Virus record (IMG/VR): IMGVR_UViG_3300012920_000029
Location: 1-64,000 of that record
Direction: 5' to 3' (one strand)
DNA: 64,000 nt
From: a virus
Positions 1 to 10,585 of the stretch are shown one piece after another. Every line of letters begins with the position of its first letter. Within the stretch, counting starts at the first letter, position 1. The translations under genes and the position numbers were made by a program. The notes beneath the pieces were generated by a model. That model saw only the letters and a list, made by a program, of their open reading frames with translations, made no database searches and was not told the origin of the DNA.

Positions 1-21
1 GACGCACCAAGCGAAGCGTCT

Positions 22-240
22 ATGAAAGAGTGGCCTGAGCACTGGATAAACAAGCAAGACCCACTAGGTTGGCTACAATGGTATGATAGGTACTCTAAAG
101 GTCGCCGCACCGAGGACGATGCTAGGCAAATAAAACGATGGAAATCTTTTAAAGCAAGACACCTAGCACAGTACTTAAAAAACCCTACACTTAAGAGAAA
201 AGCTGCCCTTAGAAATTGGGCCATTGATGTGGAGAAATAA
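22..240 (+). CDS. Conserved hypothetical viral protein, probably 5'-truncated by the window edge
   Basis: DPLGWLQWYDRY..GRR..DD.RQIKRW motif typical of small viral proteins; frame is open from base 1. Confidence 0.6.
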   Translation: MKEWPEHWINKQDPLGWLQWYDRYSKGRRTEDDARQIKRWKSFKARHLAQYLKNPTLKRKAALRNWAIDVEK

Positions 241-241
241 C

Positions 242-799
242 ATGGACTTACTAACCATAGAACTACTTAAACTAGCCGCTAAAAAGAAAAAGCCTAAAGG
301 AACAGCTACAAAGCGAGACCCAGCTAAGTGGGCTAGAGCTAAAGCTAGAGCTAAAGCTAAGATGGGCGGGAAATGGTCAGCTAGAGCAGCTCAATTAGCG
401 GTTAAGTACTATAAAAGTTCTGGTGGCAAATACAAAGGTAAAAAACCTACTGCTAAAAATAACAAGCTTAAAAAGTGGTCTAAGCAGGACTGGCAATGGA
501 GTGGCGAGCGTAAAAAGAAGAAAAAGAAATCTAGGAAGAAAAAAGCTAGTTTTAACGAAGAGTTGGTAACTAAGTTATTAGAATTTAGTAAAGAAGCCGG
601 TAGTAAAAATAAAAGCAAAGGCGTGTATTTACCTGCTAAAGCTATAGATGCACTCAAGTCCAGTAAAAAAGGACGTAAGAAACTTAGAGCAGCTAGCCGT
701 AAGAAGTCTAAAGCCACCCGTGAAGGAAAGCAGCACGCTAGTCACGGATTGCATAAAGGCAAAAAGCGTAGTAAGTTAGGGCACACATATGAACGATAG
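242..799 (+). CDS. Highly basic protein, DUF5872-like
   Basis: GGKWSARAAQL..KYYK..GGKY.G and KWSKQDW motifs; Lys-rich; ATG at 242 follows a GGAG ribosome-binding site. Confidence 0.6.
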   Translation: MDLLTIELLKLAAKKKKPKGTATKRDPAKWARAKARAKAKMGGKWSARAAQLAVKYYKSSGGKYKGKKPTAKNNKLKKWSKQDWQWSGERKKKKKKSRKKKASFNEELVTKLLEFSKEAGSKNKSKGVYLPAKAIDALKSSKKGRKKLRAASRKKSKATREGKQHASHGLHKGKKRSKLGHTYER

Positions 800-1787
800 G
801 CACTTAAGTCAAAAAACAGCGGGCATGCCCAATGTTAATTCTTCTCTAAAGCTACTAGAAAATGTGCTAAAAAAAGTAAAATTACCAGAATTAGCAGATA
901 AAGTAGATTTATATAGAGCTAGGAGAAATCTAGGGATAGCCGTAAAAGATTTAAAGAAGTACGAAGATCTTACAAGCAGATTTGGTCAAATGCCTCGGAT
1001 AGTTATTCCTAAAACGCATATTGATGTACCTGATTTAAAAAGATTAGGATTTCAGAATTCTTTAGTAGCAGTCCCTGAGGTAGGTCAAAAAACATGGACA
1101 ACCTATAGGCACCCTTTGGACAAGTTACATCTACATGATCATGGCGATGTTCTAAATATGCATATAGATAATCTACCTTCATTACAAATGGTAGCAGAGA
1201 GAAATTCTCTATCTAAAAAAATGAGAGAAAAATTATTAAAAACTATACCTGCAGGTATTAAACCTTGGACTCCAGGTAAGAATAGAAAGTCTCTTATGAA
1301 AAAATTAAAGGAAACTGCATCTGGAGTAGGTCACGCCGTCCTAGAAGGAGGACCTGGATATATTAACTACGGTCTGAAGCAGTTAAACCCTTTCAAAGTA
1401 TCGATGGCGGACGAAATACTAGCCAAATTACCAAAAGACTACTTAAAAAAGCGTTATGGAGTAACAAAAACCTCTAGCTATACTTCCCCCTATATGCAAG
1501 CATACTTAGCGGGAGTAAAATTAGCGGAAGCACAGTTTGATGATTATCAAAGTGTTAGCGATCCTGATGGTTTTGATGAAGTCACTACAAAATCAGATAG
1601 CGAAGATCCTAAGTCTTTTAGGAGCACTAGTTATAGCGATAGAAGTAGCCCTGCTACAAATAACTATAGCACTAGTGGACGTAACCAAAGCACTCATGCT
1701 AAGCAACCTGATGAGGTTATTCCTGACCAAACTTTTGAAACCAACTCACCTAAACGTGATAGATTAAGAGGTAAATATAATGGCTAA
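789..1787 (+). CDS. Hypothetical protein (putative virion internal protein, K-x-A motifs)
   Basis: 332-aa ORF overlapping both neighbours; QKTA and VKLA motifs. Confidence 0.6.
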   Translation: MNDRHLSQKTAGMPNVNSSLKLLENVLKKVKLPELADKVDLYRARRNLGIAVKDLKKYEDLTSRFGQMPRIVIPKTHIDVPDLKRLGFQNSLVAVPEVGQKTWTTYRHPLDKLHLHDHGDVLNMHIDNLPSLQMVAERNSLSKKMREKLLKTIPAGIKPWTPGKNRKSLMKKLKETASGVGHAVLEGGPGYINYGLKQLNPFKVSMADEILAKLPKDYLKKRYGVTKTSSYTSPYMQAYLAGVKLAEAQFDDYQSVSDPDGFDEVTTKSDSEDPKSFRSTSYSDRSSPATNNYSTSGRNQSTHAKQPDEVIPDQTFETNSPKRDRLRGKYNG

Positions 1788-3333
1788 AATAATAAAAGGA
1801 GACATTGAAGCTACTGGAGAAATCAAAGGCGCTACTATAGTAGGAGACCTGACTGGGGATGTCACTGGTACAGCAGATATTGCTACTGAAGTAACAGTAT
1901 CTGCTAATAACAGTACTGATGAAACAGTATACCTTACTTTTGTAGACGGAGCCACCGGTACTCAAGGTTTAGAAACAGATACTGGATTAACCTATAACCC
2001 CAGCACTAACCAAATAAGCGCCATTACTTCAGGATCTATAGCAGTACAGAACGTAATTGGAGCGGGAGCAAATAATCATTATGTGCCTGTAGTTAATACA
2101 TTTAATGGTAACTCTAGTTTATTTGGAGACGCTAATTTAGAGTTTAACTCTAGTACAAATACCCTAACCACTACCGCTTTTGCAGGAGCACTCACGGGTA
2201 ATGTTACGGGTAATGTTACGGGGGATGTAACTGGAGGAGTATCTCTGCCTTCAGGCAAAACTATAGCAGGGTTACATACTTCTAATACTATCAGCACTGC
2301 AGGTAATATCTCAGTAACTAGTTCAGGTAGTGCTGTAATAGCACCAGAAGTACAAAGTGCTAAAATTACCCATCGATCAAGTGACGCAGCCTTAGTAATA
2401 AGCTCTATAGATGATGTAAAGGTAGTATTAGATGAAGGTACGGATAATTCTGCAGGTACTTTTACTATACATAAAAATGCAGACAGTAACCCTGCGGTTT
2501 TTTCAATAAATGAATCCGGAATTACCACAGCAGGACAAGTAGTTTCTTTAAGCCATATTTCTTCCACTGACGGAGACATAGCTACTACTAATGGCAATGT
2601 TTATACCGTGAATGGCAACCTATATACCACTAATGGTAATATAACTGCCGGAGGAGATATTACAGTAGGCGATGACCTTTATATTAACGGTAGTTCTACA
2701 GCGGTAGTATCCTCAGTTTCAGGGCAAGGAACTTACATAACTTTTTCTTATGCCAATAGTACCCGGGGTGTAACTTTTAATACGCCTGACTTTAGGTTAG
2801 CCGGAATACCGGAAGAAACTTCCAGTTTTGCTACCTATTATTTAGGTGTTAGGACTGCAGAAGGTAATCGAGTATATAGAGATGATGCAAATTTCTTCAC
2901 CGGAACACACATCTACAAAGCAGCAGGCGACATAGCTCCTGGCACCGCAGTAGAATTAGTAAACGGATCTGTACAAGCAACTAGTTCAGCTAACTCTGCT
3001 ATATGCGTAGGCATTGTAGCACAGACCGTAGAAGCCACCGCTGAAAACCCTATTGAGACTTCTTTAGGTGAGAACTTAACCTCAGGCTGGGCTATTAAAC
3101 TAGCTTCGGTAGGTGACGTAAAGCACCGTAGCAGCACAGGATTCCTAGTATGCAACGAGGGTGGAGACATCGCTCCCGGAGACCTCTTAGTTACAAGTTC
3201 AACTCCCGGTTACCTAATGAAGCAAGCAGACGATATAATTAGATCAACAACAGTAGGTAAGGCCATGGAAGCACCGAGCTTCGACGAGAACGGCCAAGCC
3301 TCTGGCATCTACGGATACATTTACTGCGGGTAA
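1780..3333 (+). CDS. Tail fibre/spike protein with C-terminal intramolecular chaperone (peptidase G2/IMC-like) domain
   Basis: G/T/N-rich beta-repeats (GNVTGNVTGDVTG); C-terminal FFTGTH...CNEGGDIAPGDLLVTSSTPGYLMKQ. Confidence 0.7.
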   Translation: MAKIIKGDIEATGEIKGATIVGDLTGDVTGTADIATEVTVSANNSTDETVYLTFVDGATGTQGLETDTGLTYNPSTNQISAITSGSIAVQNVIGAGANNHYVPVVNTFNGNSSLFGDANLEFNSSTNTLTTTAFAGALTGNVTGNVTGDVTGGVSLPSGKTIAGLHTSNTISTAGNISVTSSGSAVIAPEVQSAKITHRSSDAALVISSIDDVKVVLDEGTDNSAGTFTIHKNADSNPAVFSINESGITTAGQVVSLSHISSTDGDIATTNGNVYTVNGNLYTTNGNITAGGDITVGDDLYINGSSTAVVSSVSGQGTYITFSYANSTRGVTFNTPDFRLAGIPEETSSFATYYLGVRTAEGNRVYRDDANFFTGTHIYKAAGDIAPGTAVELVNGSVQATSSANSAICVGIVAQTVEATAENPIETSLGENLTSGWAIKLASVGDVKHRSSTGFLVCNEGGDIAPGDLLVTSSTPGYLMKQADDIIRSTTVGKAMEAPSFDENGQASGIYGYIYCG

Positions 3334-3337
3334 TAAT

Positions 3338-3898
3338 ATGCAAGACAAACTAGCACAGTACTATTATAACCTAGGCACTGAGCTAGCAATGCAGCATAGT
3401 GGCTTAGAGAAAACAGCTTTTTTAAAAGGATTAGGTAGGGTACTAACTCGAGGAACTCCTCAAGACCTAGTAGCTCACTTTGGTAAAAGAAACTTAGCTA
3501 ATACTATCGGTAAAAAAGACTTAGCTAATATTATTAGTAGGTTAAGACCTTTAGGAGGCAAATCTATAGCTACTGGTGTAGGATATACAGGGCTAGGTGC
3601 AGGACTAGGCGTAGGAGCTGATGTATTAGCTACAGCTTACGGACTACCTGGTTTAGGCACTACAGGTTCCGCAATGTTCGGAGGGGTTCTAGGAAAAATG
3701 TTCAAAGATAAGAGAACCCTAGACTTAGCAAGGTCTTTAACAAAAGCTGAGAAAGCCCTAGTAGCTAAGAACATGACCTATAATCCAATTAGAAGTAGTT
3801 TATATAGTGGTATAGGAACTATGAATCCTGCTGGAGCACTTAGTGATTTGTACACTAATTCCAAAGTAAGGAATATTTTAGGAGCAAAAACATTATGA
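3338..3898 (+). CDS. Hypothetical virion protein with K-x-A motifs and a glycine-zipper hydrophobic segment
   Basis: DKLA and EKTAF motifs; GVGYTGLGAGLGVGA segment. Confidence 0.6.
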   Translation: MQDKLAQYYYNLGTELAMQHSGLEKTAFLKGLGRVLTRGTPQDLVAHFGKRNLANTIGKKDLANIISRLRPLGGKSIATGVGYTGLGAGLGVGADVLATAYGLPGLGTTGSAMFGGVLGKMFKDKRTLDLARSLTKAEKALVAKNMTYNPIRSSLYSGIGTMNPAGALSDLYTNSKVRNILGAKTL

Positions 3899-4287
3899 AA
3901 ATTAAAGTAACTAAAACTAAGCCTATTGCAAAAGCGCTTATTATTAAGTCTAAAGGAAGCATGCCTATGAGCCCTAGTAGCATTACCGACATGGTAGGCG
4001 GGCCTATTAGCATGCTTATGAAAAGCTTAATGAGCAGTGATATGCCTAAGATGCCTAAGATGCCTATGATGCCTAAAAGTATGGGCTCTATGGTAAAAGA
4101 CCCAGAGTATGATGATAGACAAATGATCCTACACTCTCTAAACAGTATCAGAGCTATCTGCGATGAGTTAGAGCAACTAGCTTGTGGGTGCGACCCTATG
4201 CCTTCTTGGGCAGAAGCTAAGATTTATGCAGCCCAAAAGGATATACTTACTGTGTTAGGTTCTCTTTTAGGTAAGAAAAAAGGATAA
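3895..4287 (+). CDS. Hypothetical protein
   Basis: ATGA overlap with upstream gene; MPKMPKMPMMPK repeat; PSWAEAKI..A motif. Confidence 0.55.
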   Translation: MKIKVTKTKPIAKALIIKSKGSMPMSPSSITDMVGGPISMLMKSLMSSDMPKMPKMPMMPKSMGSMVKDPEYDDRQMILHSLNSIRAICDELEQLACGCDPMPSWAEAKIYAAQKDILTVLGSLLGKKKG

Positions 4288-4291
4288 GTTT

Positions 4292-7200
4292 ATGAACGCT
4301 ACTGCTAGCATGTTAGAAGCACCTCTTGAAAAAACAGCATTTGCTCCTGATATAGGTGAAGCGATTATGCGGGCCTATAAGCAATTCGGTACTAAAGGGT
4401 TAGCTGGGTTTATACCCGGAGTAGATAGCTACGCTGCTTCTGGTCTAGCAGGAGTAGGCGCCTCCGAGCTAACTAGTAGGCTAATGCCTCAAATAGCTAG
4501 AAGAAATCCTAAGAAGGTAAAAGCTCTACAAGCAATAGCTTCCGGCTTAGCAGGAGGAGGAACAGGTTTAGCAAGTAGCTTTATAGGGGCGCCTTTAATG
4601 CGTGATCTTAAGAAGGTACCTAATACTAAGCTATTACCCGAATTAGCTAGCTTGGGTGCTTTAGCAGGAGGAGCTGAGTTATTAGCCGCCCCTTATATGG
4701 GTAAAACTACTGGTGCTTTAGAACCTATTTTAACTACAGGAGCAGGAGCAGGCTTAGTATCTGCAGCACAGGGTATACGTAAGAAAATAAATCTAGACAA
4801 CTTTATACGAGCTGCTAGAAGAGCTGGCAAAGAAGTAGATGCTAAGCCTATTAGCTATACTAAAAGCATTATGGATTCTTTTAGGAAGTTGCCGGGAGGT
4901 AGTTTACCAGCAGGAGCTGGAGCAGCTTTGTTAGCTACAGGAAGCCCTGTACTAGGAGGTACTGCTTTACTATCAGCTCCGTTAATGAACAATAAAGTAA
5001 CAGAGTATTTAGCAGATGTCTCTAAAGAGTTACAACGTAATAAAGAAATAAAAGAGCTATACAAAAAGTCTAGTCTTAACGCACCTTTAGCAACAGAGCT
5101 ATCTAAACTAGCTGCCCCAGCCTACATGACCCTAAGTCCTAATTCACTAGAAGCTTACACTATGGATAAGCAGGCTTTTATAGGGGCTTTAGGCGAGTTC
5201 TTAGGTAAAGGTATACAGAAGTTTACTGGAGGTATGTTAGGCAAAGGAGTTCAGGCAGGTAGAACTGTGCAGCGAGGTGTTCGTCATCTTCCTTCTCATC
5301 TCGAAGGTTTGCAAACCTTTGGTAGAGAGCAGATATTAAAAGGTATGGGACATACACCTACCGCCCCGGCTACTAGAAAACCGGGATTTCTTACCAACTT
5401 TATGGAAGGTATTAGTAAAGGAAGAAATCAGCAGTTTGAAGCACAAACAGGGCTATCTAATGTAACTAGACAAGAGAGAAAGTTTTTAACAAGCGCCAAA
5501 GGTGGTGATAAAAGCCAAGCAGCTTTTAGAGAAGTTAATCCGGTTCTTAATAATGCTAACCCTGAAATCCAAGCAGCTAGGCGAGGAGCAGAAACTCAGC
5601 AACGAGTGCGGTCAGAGATAGGTATGATACCTACCACCGAGTCGGCGGTAGCTAGGGAGTATGTTGCTACTACAGGTTCTCGAGCAGGACAACCCCTACG
5701 CCCTGTGGTATATAGTGGGGGCAGTCCAGTAATTGTTAAAGATACTAGAATGGGTAGAGTTTATAATAGGCAATTTGCAACTGCCGAAGCAGAGGTAAAC
5801 GCTTTAAGAGGCCAATTATCGGCAGCCCCAGCAGATGCCAAACCTTTTATACAACAGAGACTCCAAGCTGCAGAGCAAAATCTAAACAAAGCACGAACTC
5901 AACATGAAGAAGCTTTTGGACAAGCCTATGCTTCCCATCCTCGAGTAGCTCCTACAGCAGCACCTACAGTAGCTACTGATGCTAGTAGAACAACTAGACA
6001 GATAAATATAGATCTAGGGAAACAACGAAGAAATATAAATGCGGAAATAAAAGCGGAAGAAGAAGCCCTAGCTAAATCAACAGATCCTTTACGAAAACAA
6101 ATTTTACAAAAACGGTTGGAAGGCCAGTATGCTAAAAGACAACAAATAGATGATCAAATAACACAGTTTAGATCAGAAGCTATAGCTAGAAATGCCCCTA
6201 CTACGCCTGCTCCTCAAGTTCAAACAATAAGTAATGAAATAGCTATGGGTAGAGGCACTGTCCCAGAATTACAAACCCGCGCTTCAGAAATAGATACTAG
6301 ACTACAGTACTTCAATAGTGAGGTAAGTAGAATAAATAGCACAGGACAGTTAACTAAAGCACAAAAAGAACAAGCTATAGCTAGACTACAGCCGGAGATA
6401 CAGAAATTAACAGCTGAGCAATCAAAGGCCTACGAGGGGTTATACAAAGGACAGTATGGTAGAGGTGTACCTAATGCTTCCTCTGTAACCGAGAGTGCTA
6501 AAGCCCAGCAGTTTACTACTGATTTAGATAATGCTATAGGTCAAATAAATACTCAAATATCTACTGGTGGGTTGACTCCTGTTCAAGAGCAAGCTTTAAA
6601 CAGAAGATTAAGAGACTTAACTTCTCAACGAAATCAAATGTCCGATAGAGTTATAGCTACTGCGGATACTGCTGCATTAAACACTCAAAAAACTAAGTTG
6701 ACTACCGAAGTACAGCAACAAGAAGCTATCATAAATGATCTATCGGGTACTTACACCAGAGATCAAATAAACGCTGCTAAAGCACAAAAAGCACGTTTAG
6801 AAGGCGAACTAGGAAAAGTAACCAATCGAGAACAGCAACTAGCCTCTGAGGCAGAAGCAGCTACGTTACAAGCACAACGACAACAAGCTGAAATTACCGC
6901 ACAGCAAAGCCAGACTAGAGCTCAAAATATTAAGAGTAAAATGACAGCACCTACAAGAGAGCAATCTCAACAAGTACAGGATATAGCTAGAACAGAACTA
7001 GGCGCTACTGGAGCTTCTGCAGAATTTAGAGTAAAAGGCTTAAGTGATAGCACTAATAATTATGTTTATGAACAGGGCTTAATACCTAGAGAATATGCCC
7101 AGTTTGAAAAAGGCACTCTTAGATTAAGTAGGACAGGTGCGTCTGAAGCAGCTAGAAGTTCGGGCCTCAACGAGGCGGTTACTCAAGCAGACAAAGCATT

Positions 7201-8800
7201 AAAGGAGCATTTATATAGTCAAGGAAGTGGTTTATTCTCACAAAGAATGGAAGCAATAGATTCTCCTGTATCTAAACTAATTAATGAGAACCCTAACTTA
7301 AGAAATGAGCTAACAACTAGAGCTAATTCTTTTATAAAAAATCCAAAAATGACTCAAGAAGAATTAGCTAATCAACTTAGGAATGAAATGAGGATAGATC
7401 CTGCTGCGGCAGATGAGTTCGCCGCTTCTTTAGCTAACAGTGGCGCTATCCAACAAACTCGACGTAATCTAGAAGTGTCTTCTAGTAATTTCCAAAGAGA
7501 AATGAATTCTTTTATGTCTAAAGAGTTTAGAGCTAGCTCGGATAAAGTAATAACAGATATAGGCAAAGATTTTAATAAGGTTAAGGGCCTAACCGAGCAG
7601 GAAACTAGTCAATTCCAAGGTATAGTTACTGCTTTACAAGAATCAGGTTTAAGTTCTACAGCAGAAGGTAACGCAATACTATCTTACTTAAAAGATAGTA
7701 TGAAAAGTGGAGATATGACTAGAACAGCTATCTCAGATGTAACTAAGCTTATTAGAGGAGAAACTGCGACAATAAGTACCTCAGGAACAAAGAAGTTTTT
7801 AGGAAGAAACACTTCCGGCAGAATGGGCTCTATAAGCCTTAAACCTAACCAAATAGAACGATTAAAACAGACTGGTTTAGAAGTAGGTCAGACTACTCGA
7901 GGAGACCTAAGTCAATTCGGCGCTAGTAATCTAAGAAACTTAGAGACTCATTTTGGGGATAAAGCAGTAGCCCAAGAGCTGCAGCAACTATCAGTATCTT
8001 CTAACGAAGGAGCCTCTGCAGTTAACAAGGTTATGAGCGGTAATGCTTCTCTAGCTGACTTCTCAGCTAAAGAACTTAATGCTCTTAACATAACCCCCTA
8101 TAAACCTTCTGCAGGAGTAACACTACCTAGAGGTTACACTAATAAATCTCCTGGTGATGTAGTAAGACAAGCCACTAAGGAGATTACAGCACAAGAAAAA
8201 ATAATAAAAAGATTAGAAAGCAAACCCAATTTAAACAAGAGCCAAAAGAAACAACTTAATGCAGCTAAACAAGAAGTTAAAGATCTTCAAGCACTGCAAA
8301 CTGATGCACAGACCTATATTACTAACAATCAAAGTACTTTAGACAGATTCACCAATGAAGTACGAAACGCTCGTGTACAGTACGAAGCACAAGGCGGAGT
8401 AGAGGGCACCTTAAACTTTACAGGAGAAACTTCAAGAGTATTTGAGCAACAACCGGGACTATTCTCTAGATTTGGTAGTGGAGCAGATAATATCTTACGA
8501 GGATCACAGTACGCAGGTGAAAAAGGTCCCGGCGCTTTAGGACTCGGTTTCACAGGAGCTGGTGTCTTAGGCGCTACAGCTTATGGAGCCAGTCCTTCCC
8601 AAAGCTCTTATATGCTGGGTACCGCTAGCTTTGGACTAGGTCCTCTAGCTCCTCCTGTAAGGTATATTAAGAAAACAGCTATGATGGCACCTGTTAAGTT
8701 TAAAGGAAACACGACCCCTAAAATGTTAGGAGCTCCTGTAGTAGAGTCTCCTATGACTAGTACTCATATACATAAGTACATGCAAGCCCCCGTAGGATAG
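4292..8800 (+). CDS. Large (1502 aa) coiled-coil protein, putative internal/ejection protein
   Basis: Long ORF; glycine-rich hydrophobic segments at both ends; Q/A-rich helical middle; EKTAF, SKLA, DKQAF and KKTA motifs. Confidence 0.6.
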   Translation: MNATASMLEAPLEKTAFAPDIGEAIMRAYKQFGTKGLAGFIPGVDSYAASGLAGVGASELTSRLMPQIARRNPKKVKALQAIASGLAGGGTGLASSFIGAPLMRDLKKVPNTKLLPELASLGALAGGAELLAAPYMGKTTGALEPILTTGAGAGLVSAAQGIRKKINLDNFIRAARRAGKEVDAKPISYTKSIMDSFRKLPGGSLPAGAGAALLATGSPVLGGTALLSAPLMNNKVTEYLADVSKELQRNKEIKELYKKSSLNAPLATELSKLAAPAYMTLSPNSLEAYTMDKQAFIGALGEFLGKGIQKFTGGMLGKGVQAGRTVQRGVRHLPSHLEGLQTFGREQILKGMGHTPTAPATRKPGFLTNFMEGISKGRNQQFEAQTGLSNVTRQERKFLTSAKGGDKSQAAFREVNPVLNNANPEIQAARRGAETQQRVRSEIGMIPTTESAVAREYVATTGSRAGQPLRPVVYSGGSPVIVKDTRMGRVYNRQFATAEAEVNALRGQLSAAPADAKPFIQQRLQAAEQNLNKARTQHEEAFGQAYASHPRVAPTAAPTVATDASRTTRQINIDLGKQRRNINAEIKAEEEALAKSTDPLRKQILQKRLEGQYAKRQQIDDQITQFRSEAIARNAPTTPAPQVQTISNEIAMGRGTVPELQTRASEIDTRLQYFNSEVSRINSTGQLTKAQKEQAIARLQPEIQKLTAEQSKAYEGLYKGQYGRGVPNASSVTESAKAQQFTTDLDNAIGQINTQISTGGLTPVQEQALNRRLRDLTSQRNQMSDRVIATADTAALNTQKTKLTTEVQQQEAIINDLSGTYTRDQINAAKAQKARLEGELGKVTNREQQLASEAEAATLQAQRQQAEITAQQSQTRAQNIKSKMTAPTREQSQQVQDIARTELGATGASAEFRVKGLSDSTNNYVYEQGLIPREYAQFEKGTLRLSRTGASEAARSSGLNEAVTQADKALKEHLYSQGSGLFSQRMEAIDSPVSKLINENPNLRNELTTRANSFIKNPKMTQEELANQLRNEMRIDPAAADEFAASLANSGAIQQTRRNLEVSSSNFQREMNSFMSKEFRASSDKVITDIGKDFNKVKGLTEQETSQFQGIVTALQESGLSSTAEGNAILSYLKDSMKSGDMTRTAISDVTKLIRGETATISTSGTKKFLGRNTSGRMGSISLKPNQIERLKQTGLEVGQTTRGDLSQFGASNLRNLETHFGDKAVAQELQQLSVSSNEGASAVNKVMSGNASLADFSAKELNALNITPYKPSAGVTLPRGYTNKSPGDVVRQATKEITAQEKIIKRLESKPNLNKSQKKQLNAAKQEVKDLQALQTDAQTYITNNQSTLDRFTNEVRNARVQYEAQGGVEGTLNFTGETSRVFEQQPGLFSRFGSGADNILRGSQYAGEKGPGALGLGFTGAGVLGATAYGASPSQSSYMLGTASFGLGPLAPPVRYIKKTAMMAPVKFKGNTTPKMLGAPVVESPMTSTHIHKYMQAPVG

Positions 8801-8804
8801 TAAC

Positions 8805-9743
8805 ATGGGTTTATTTAGCAGCGAAAATAAAGAATCAAAAGGAAGCCCTCTTTTTGCAGGATTACTGGGCACTGCTGCAGTAGGAGCTACTCCTTTAGGA
8901 GAGTACTTAGCAGATAAGCATTTAGCACCCGAAACAGATAGATTATCTAAGGAAATAGCTAGTTCTACGCAGGAAGATGCTCTTAGTATCGTAGAGAAAT
9001 TAAAAGACAACTTGCTGGATAAACGAATAAGAGACATACCTATTTTTGTAGAAACTAATACAGGAGCAGGATTTACTACCGCAGCTAAAGACTATTTGCC
9101 TGAAAAAAAAGAATTTTTTAAAGCTATTGATAAGGGAGGTTACAGAGTACTAGACAACACTGATAGGTTAGATCCTTTAGAAGCAGTAAAAAAAACTAGG
9201 AAAGCAGGAGGCTTCATTACTGCTCCTGCAGGAACTGATATAGCAACCATAGCTCATGAGCTAGGCCACGCTAGCATACTTAATAAAAATCAAGGGTTTA
9301 GAGGAACTAAGCTTTTTGATAAAATGGATATGCTAGGCAGATACTTGCAAGGTTCTAATAGAGCCAGTAGAACTGCGGGCTTGTTTGCTTTAGCAGGCTT
9401 AGCTACCGACTCTGAAAATGACTCTAAGTATTTGATACCTGCAGTAGCCGCAGCAACCCAAGCACCTTTGATTTATGAAGAAGCCAAAGCAAGTAAGGAA
9501 GGTTTAAAGGCTCTTAAGAACATTATAGCCAAACAACCTACCACTTCAGAGTTAGTAGAGGACACTGCTAAAAAATTAGTCTCAGGTGAAGGTGGTAAAA
9601 TAACAAAAGAAGTATATGACCTCGCTAAGCCTATGCTTAGAAAAGCATTAGGAACCTATGGTGCTAGAAGTGCGGGTATAATAGCAGCTCCTTTATTAGC
9701 CATAGCAGCTAGAAGCCAGTTTGATAAAGCTACTAGAGATTAG
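8805..9743 (+). CDS. Putative zinc metallopeptidase (zincin-like) with hydrophobic segments
   Basis: IAHELGH (HExxH) plus downstream YEEAKAS..GL third-ligand-like motif. Confidence 0.6.
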   Translation: MGLFSSENKESKGSPLFAGLLGTAAVGATPLGEYLADKHLAPETDRLSKEIASSTQEDALSIVEKLKDNLLDKRIRDIPIFVETNTGAGFTTAAKDYLPEKKEFFKAIDKGGYRVLDNTDRLDPLEAVKKTRKAGGFITAPAGTDIATIAHELGHASILNKNQGFRGTKLFDKMDMLGRYLQGSNRASRTAGLFALAGLATDSENDSKYLIPAVAAATQAPLIYEEAKASKEGLKALKNIIAKQPTTSELVEDTAKKLVSGEGGKITKEVYDLAKPMLRKALGTYGARSAGIIAAPLLAIAARSQFDKATRD

Positions 9744-9954
9744 TTTCTTCTTCCGATAAATCATCTAAATCATCTACTCTTGGTAATAGATCATTATTAA
9801 TCTCTTGCTTATCAGGAAATTCTTGCTTAAATAAGATAGTCATGCAACTATTGCAAATACCTCCATCAGGAGTTTCGTCAATATCTGCATGTAAGCAGAG
9901 TTCGGGAGTTAAGTCGCTTTCGAAATAATCACTATTGTCCATAGGAGTCTCCAT
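9733..9954 (-). CDS. Small acidic hypothetical protein, possible Zn-ribbon
   Basis: CLH...CNSC motif; fills the gap between + strand genes. Confidence 0.4.
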   Translation of the reverse strand: METPMDNSDYFESDLTPELCLHADIDETPDGGICNSCMTILFKQEFPDKQEINNDLLPRVDDLDDLSEEETNL

Positions 9955-10585
9955 GAGAAAATTTGGCGTTGTTAATGAGGAGAGAACCTCACTTAGTAAT
10001 TCTACCCTAAAAGCTGCTACAGCAGAAGAGTTACCTCCAGAATTAGATGAGAATCTAGAAGTAACTGAGTTAGATGAAGAAGCTCAAGCACTGCAAGATA
10101 TGCTAGATAATATGAATTCCACTAGGCAAACTCCTAGAGATCATTGGTTAGAAGAGATCGAACTTGAGAACTTAACAAGTGAAGAGGCTGCTAAGATCCT
10201 TGATCAAGTTATTACTAACGGAATGTACGAAGAAACCTACAAGATGGGTCGTATGGTAGTAAGACTAAGAACCCGCACTACTTCTGATGCAGATAGAGTT
10301 ATTGAGGCTATACAAGACTTTAAACCAGAGACCAATGGAACTCTTTCTCATTTGATTGCAAGAATGAATCTTGCAGCTAGTATTTCAAAGTTTGGAGATA
10401 AGCAGTTTAACTTCACAGCACCTAATGATGGTGATCAAGAAGTTTTAGAATTAGAGTTTACTGAGAGGTATAACTTTTTGAGCAATGTCCCATCCCAAAT
10501 CTTTTTTGCTCTTACACAAATTCTAGAAAGATTTGATAGAAGAGTGCAGCTGGCTTGTGACCCTAGAGCTATCGAAAATTTTTAA
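9953..10585 (+). CDS. Tail assembly chaperone (gpG-like)
   Basis: AGGAG before ATG 9953; lies upstream of tape measure; ends in slippery AAATTTT then TAA. Confidence 0.65.
   Translation: MRKFGVVNEERTSLSNSTLKAATAEELPPELDENLEVTELDEEAQALQDMLDNMNSTRQTPRDHWLEEIELENLTSEEAAKILDQVITNGMYEETYKMGRMVVRLRTRTTSDADRVIEAIQDFKPETNGTLSHLIARMNLAASISKFGDKQFNFTAPNDGDQEVLELEFTERYNFLSNVPSQIFFALTQILERFDRRVQLACDPRAIENF
10576..10582 (+). other. Programmed -1 ribosomal frameshift site (A AAT TTT)
   Basis: XXXYYYZ heptamer; the -1 frame is open and continuous with ORF 10615-10926. Confidence 0.75.
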
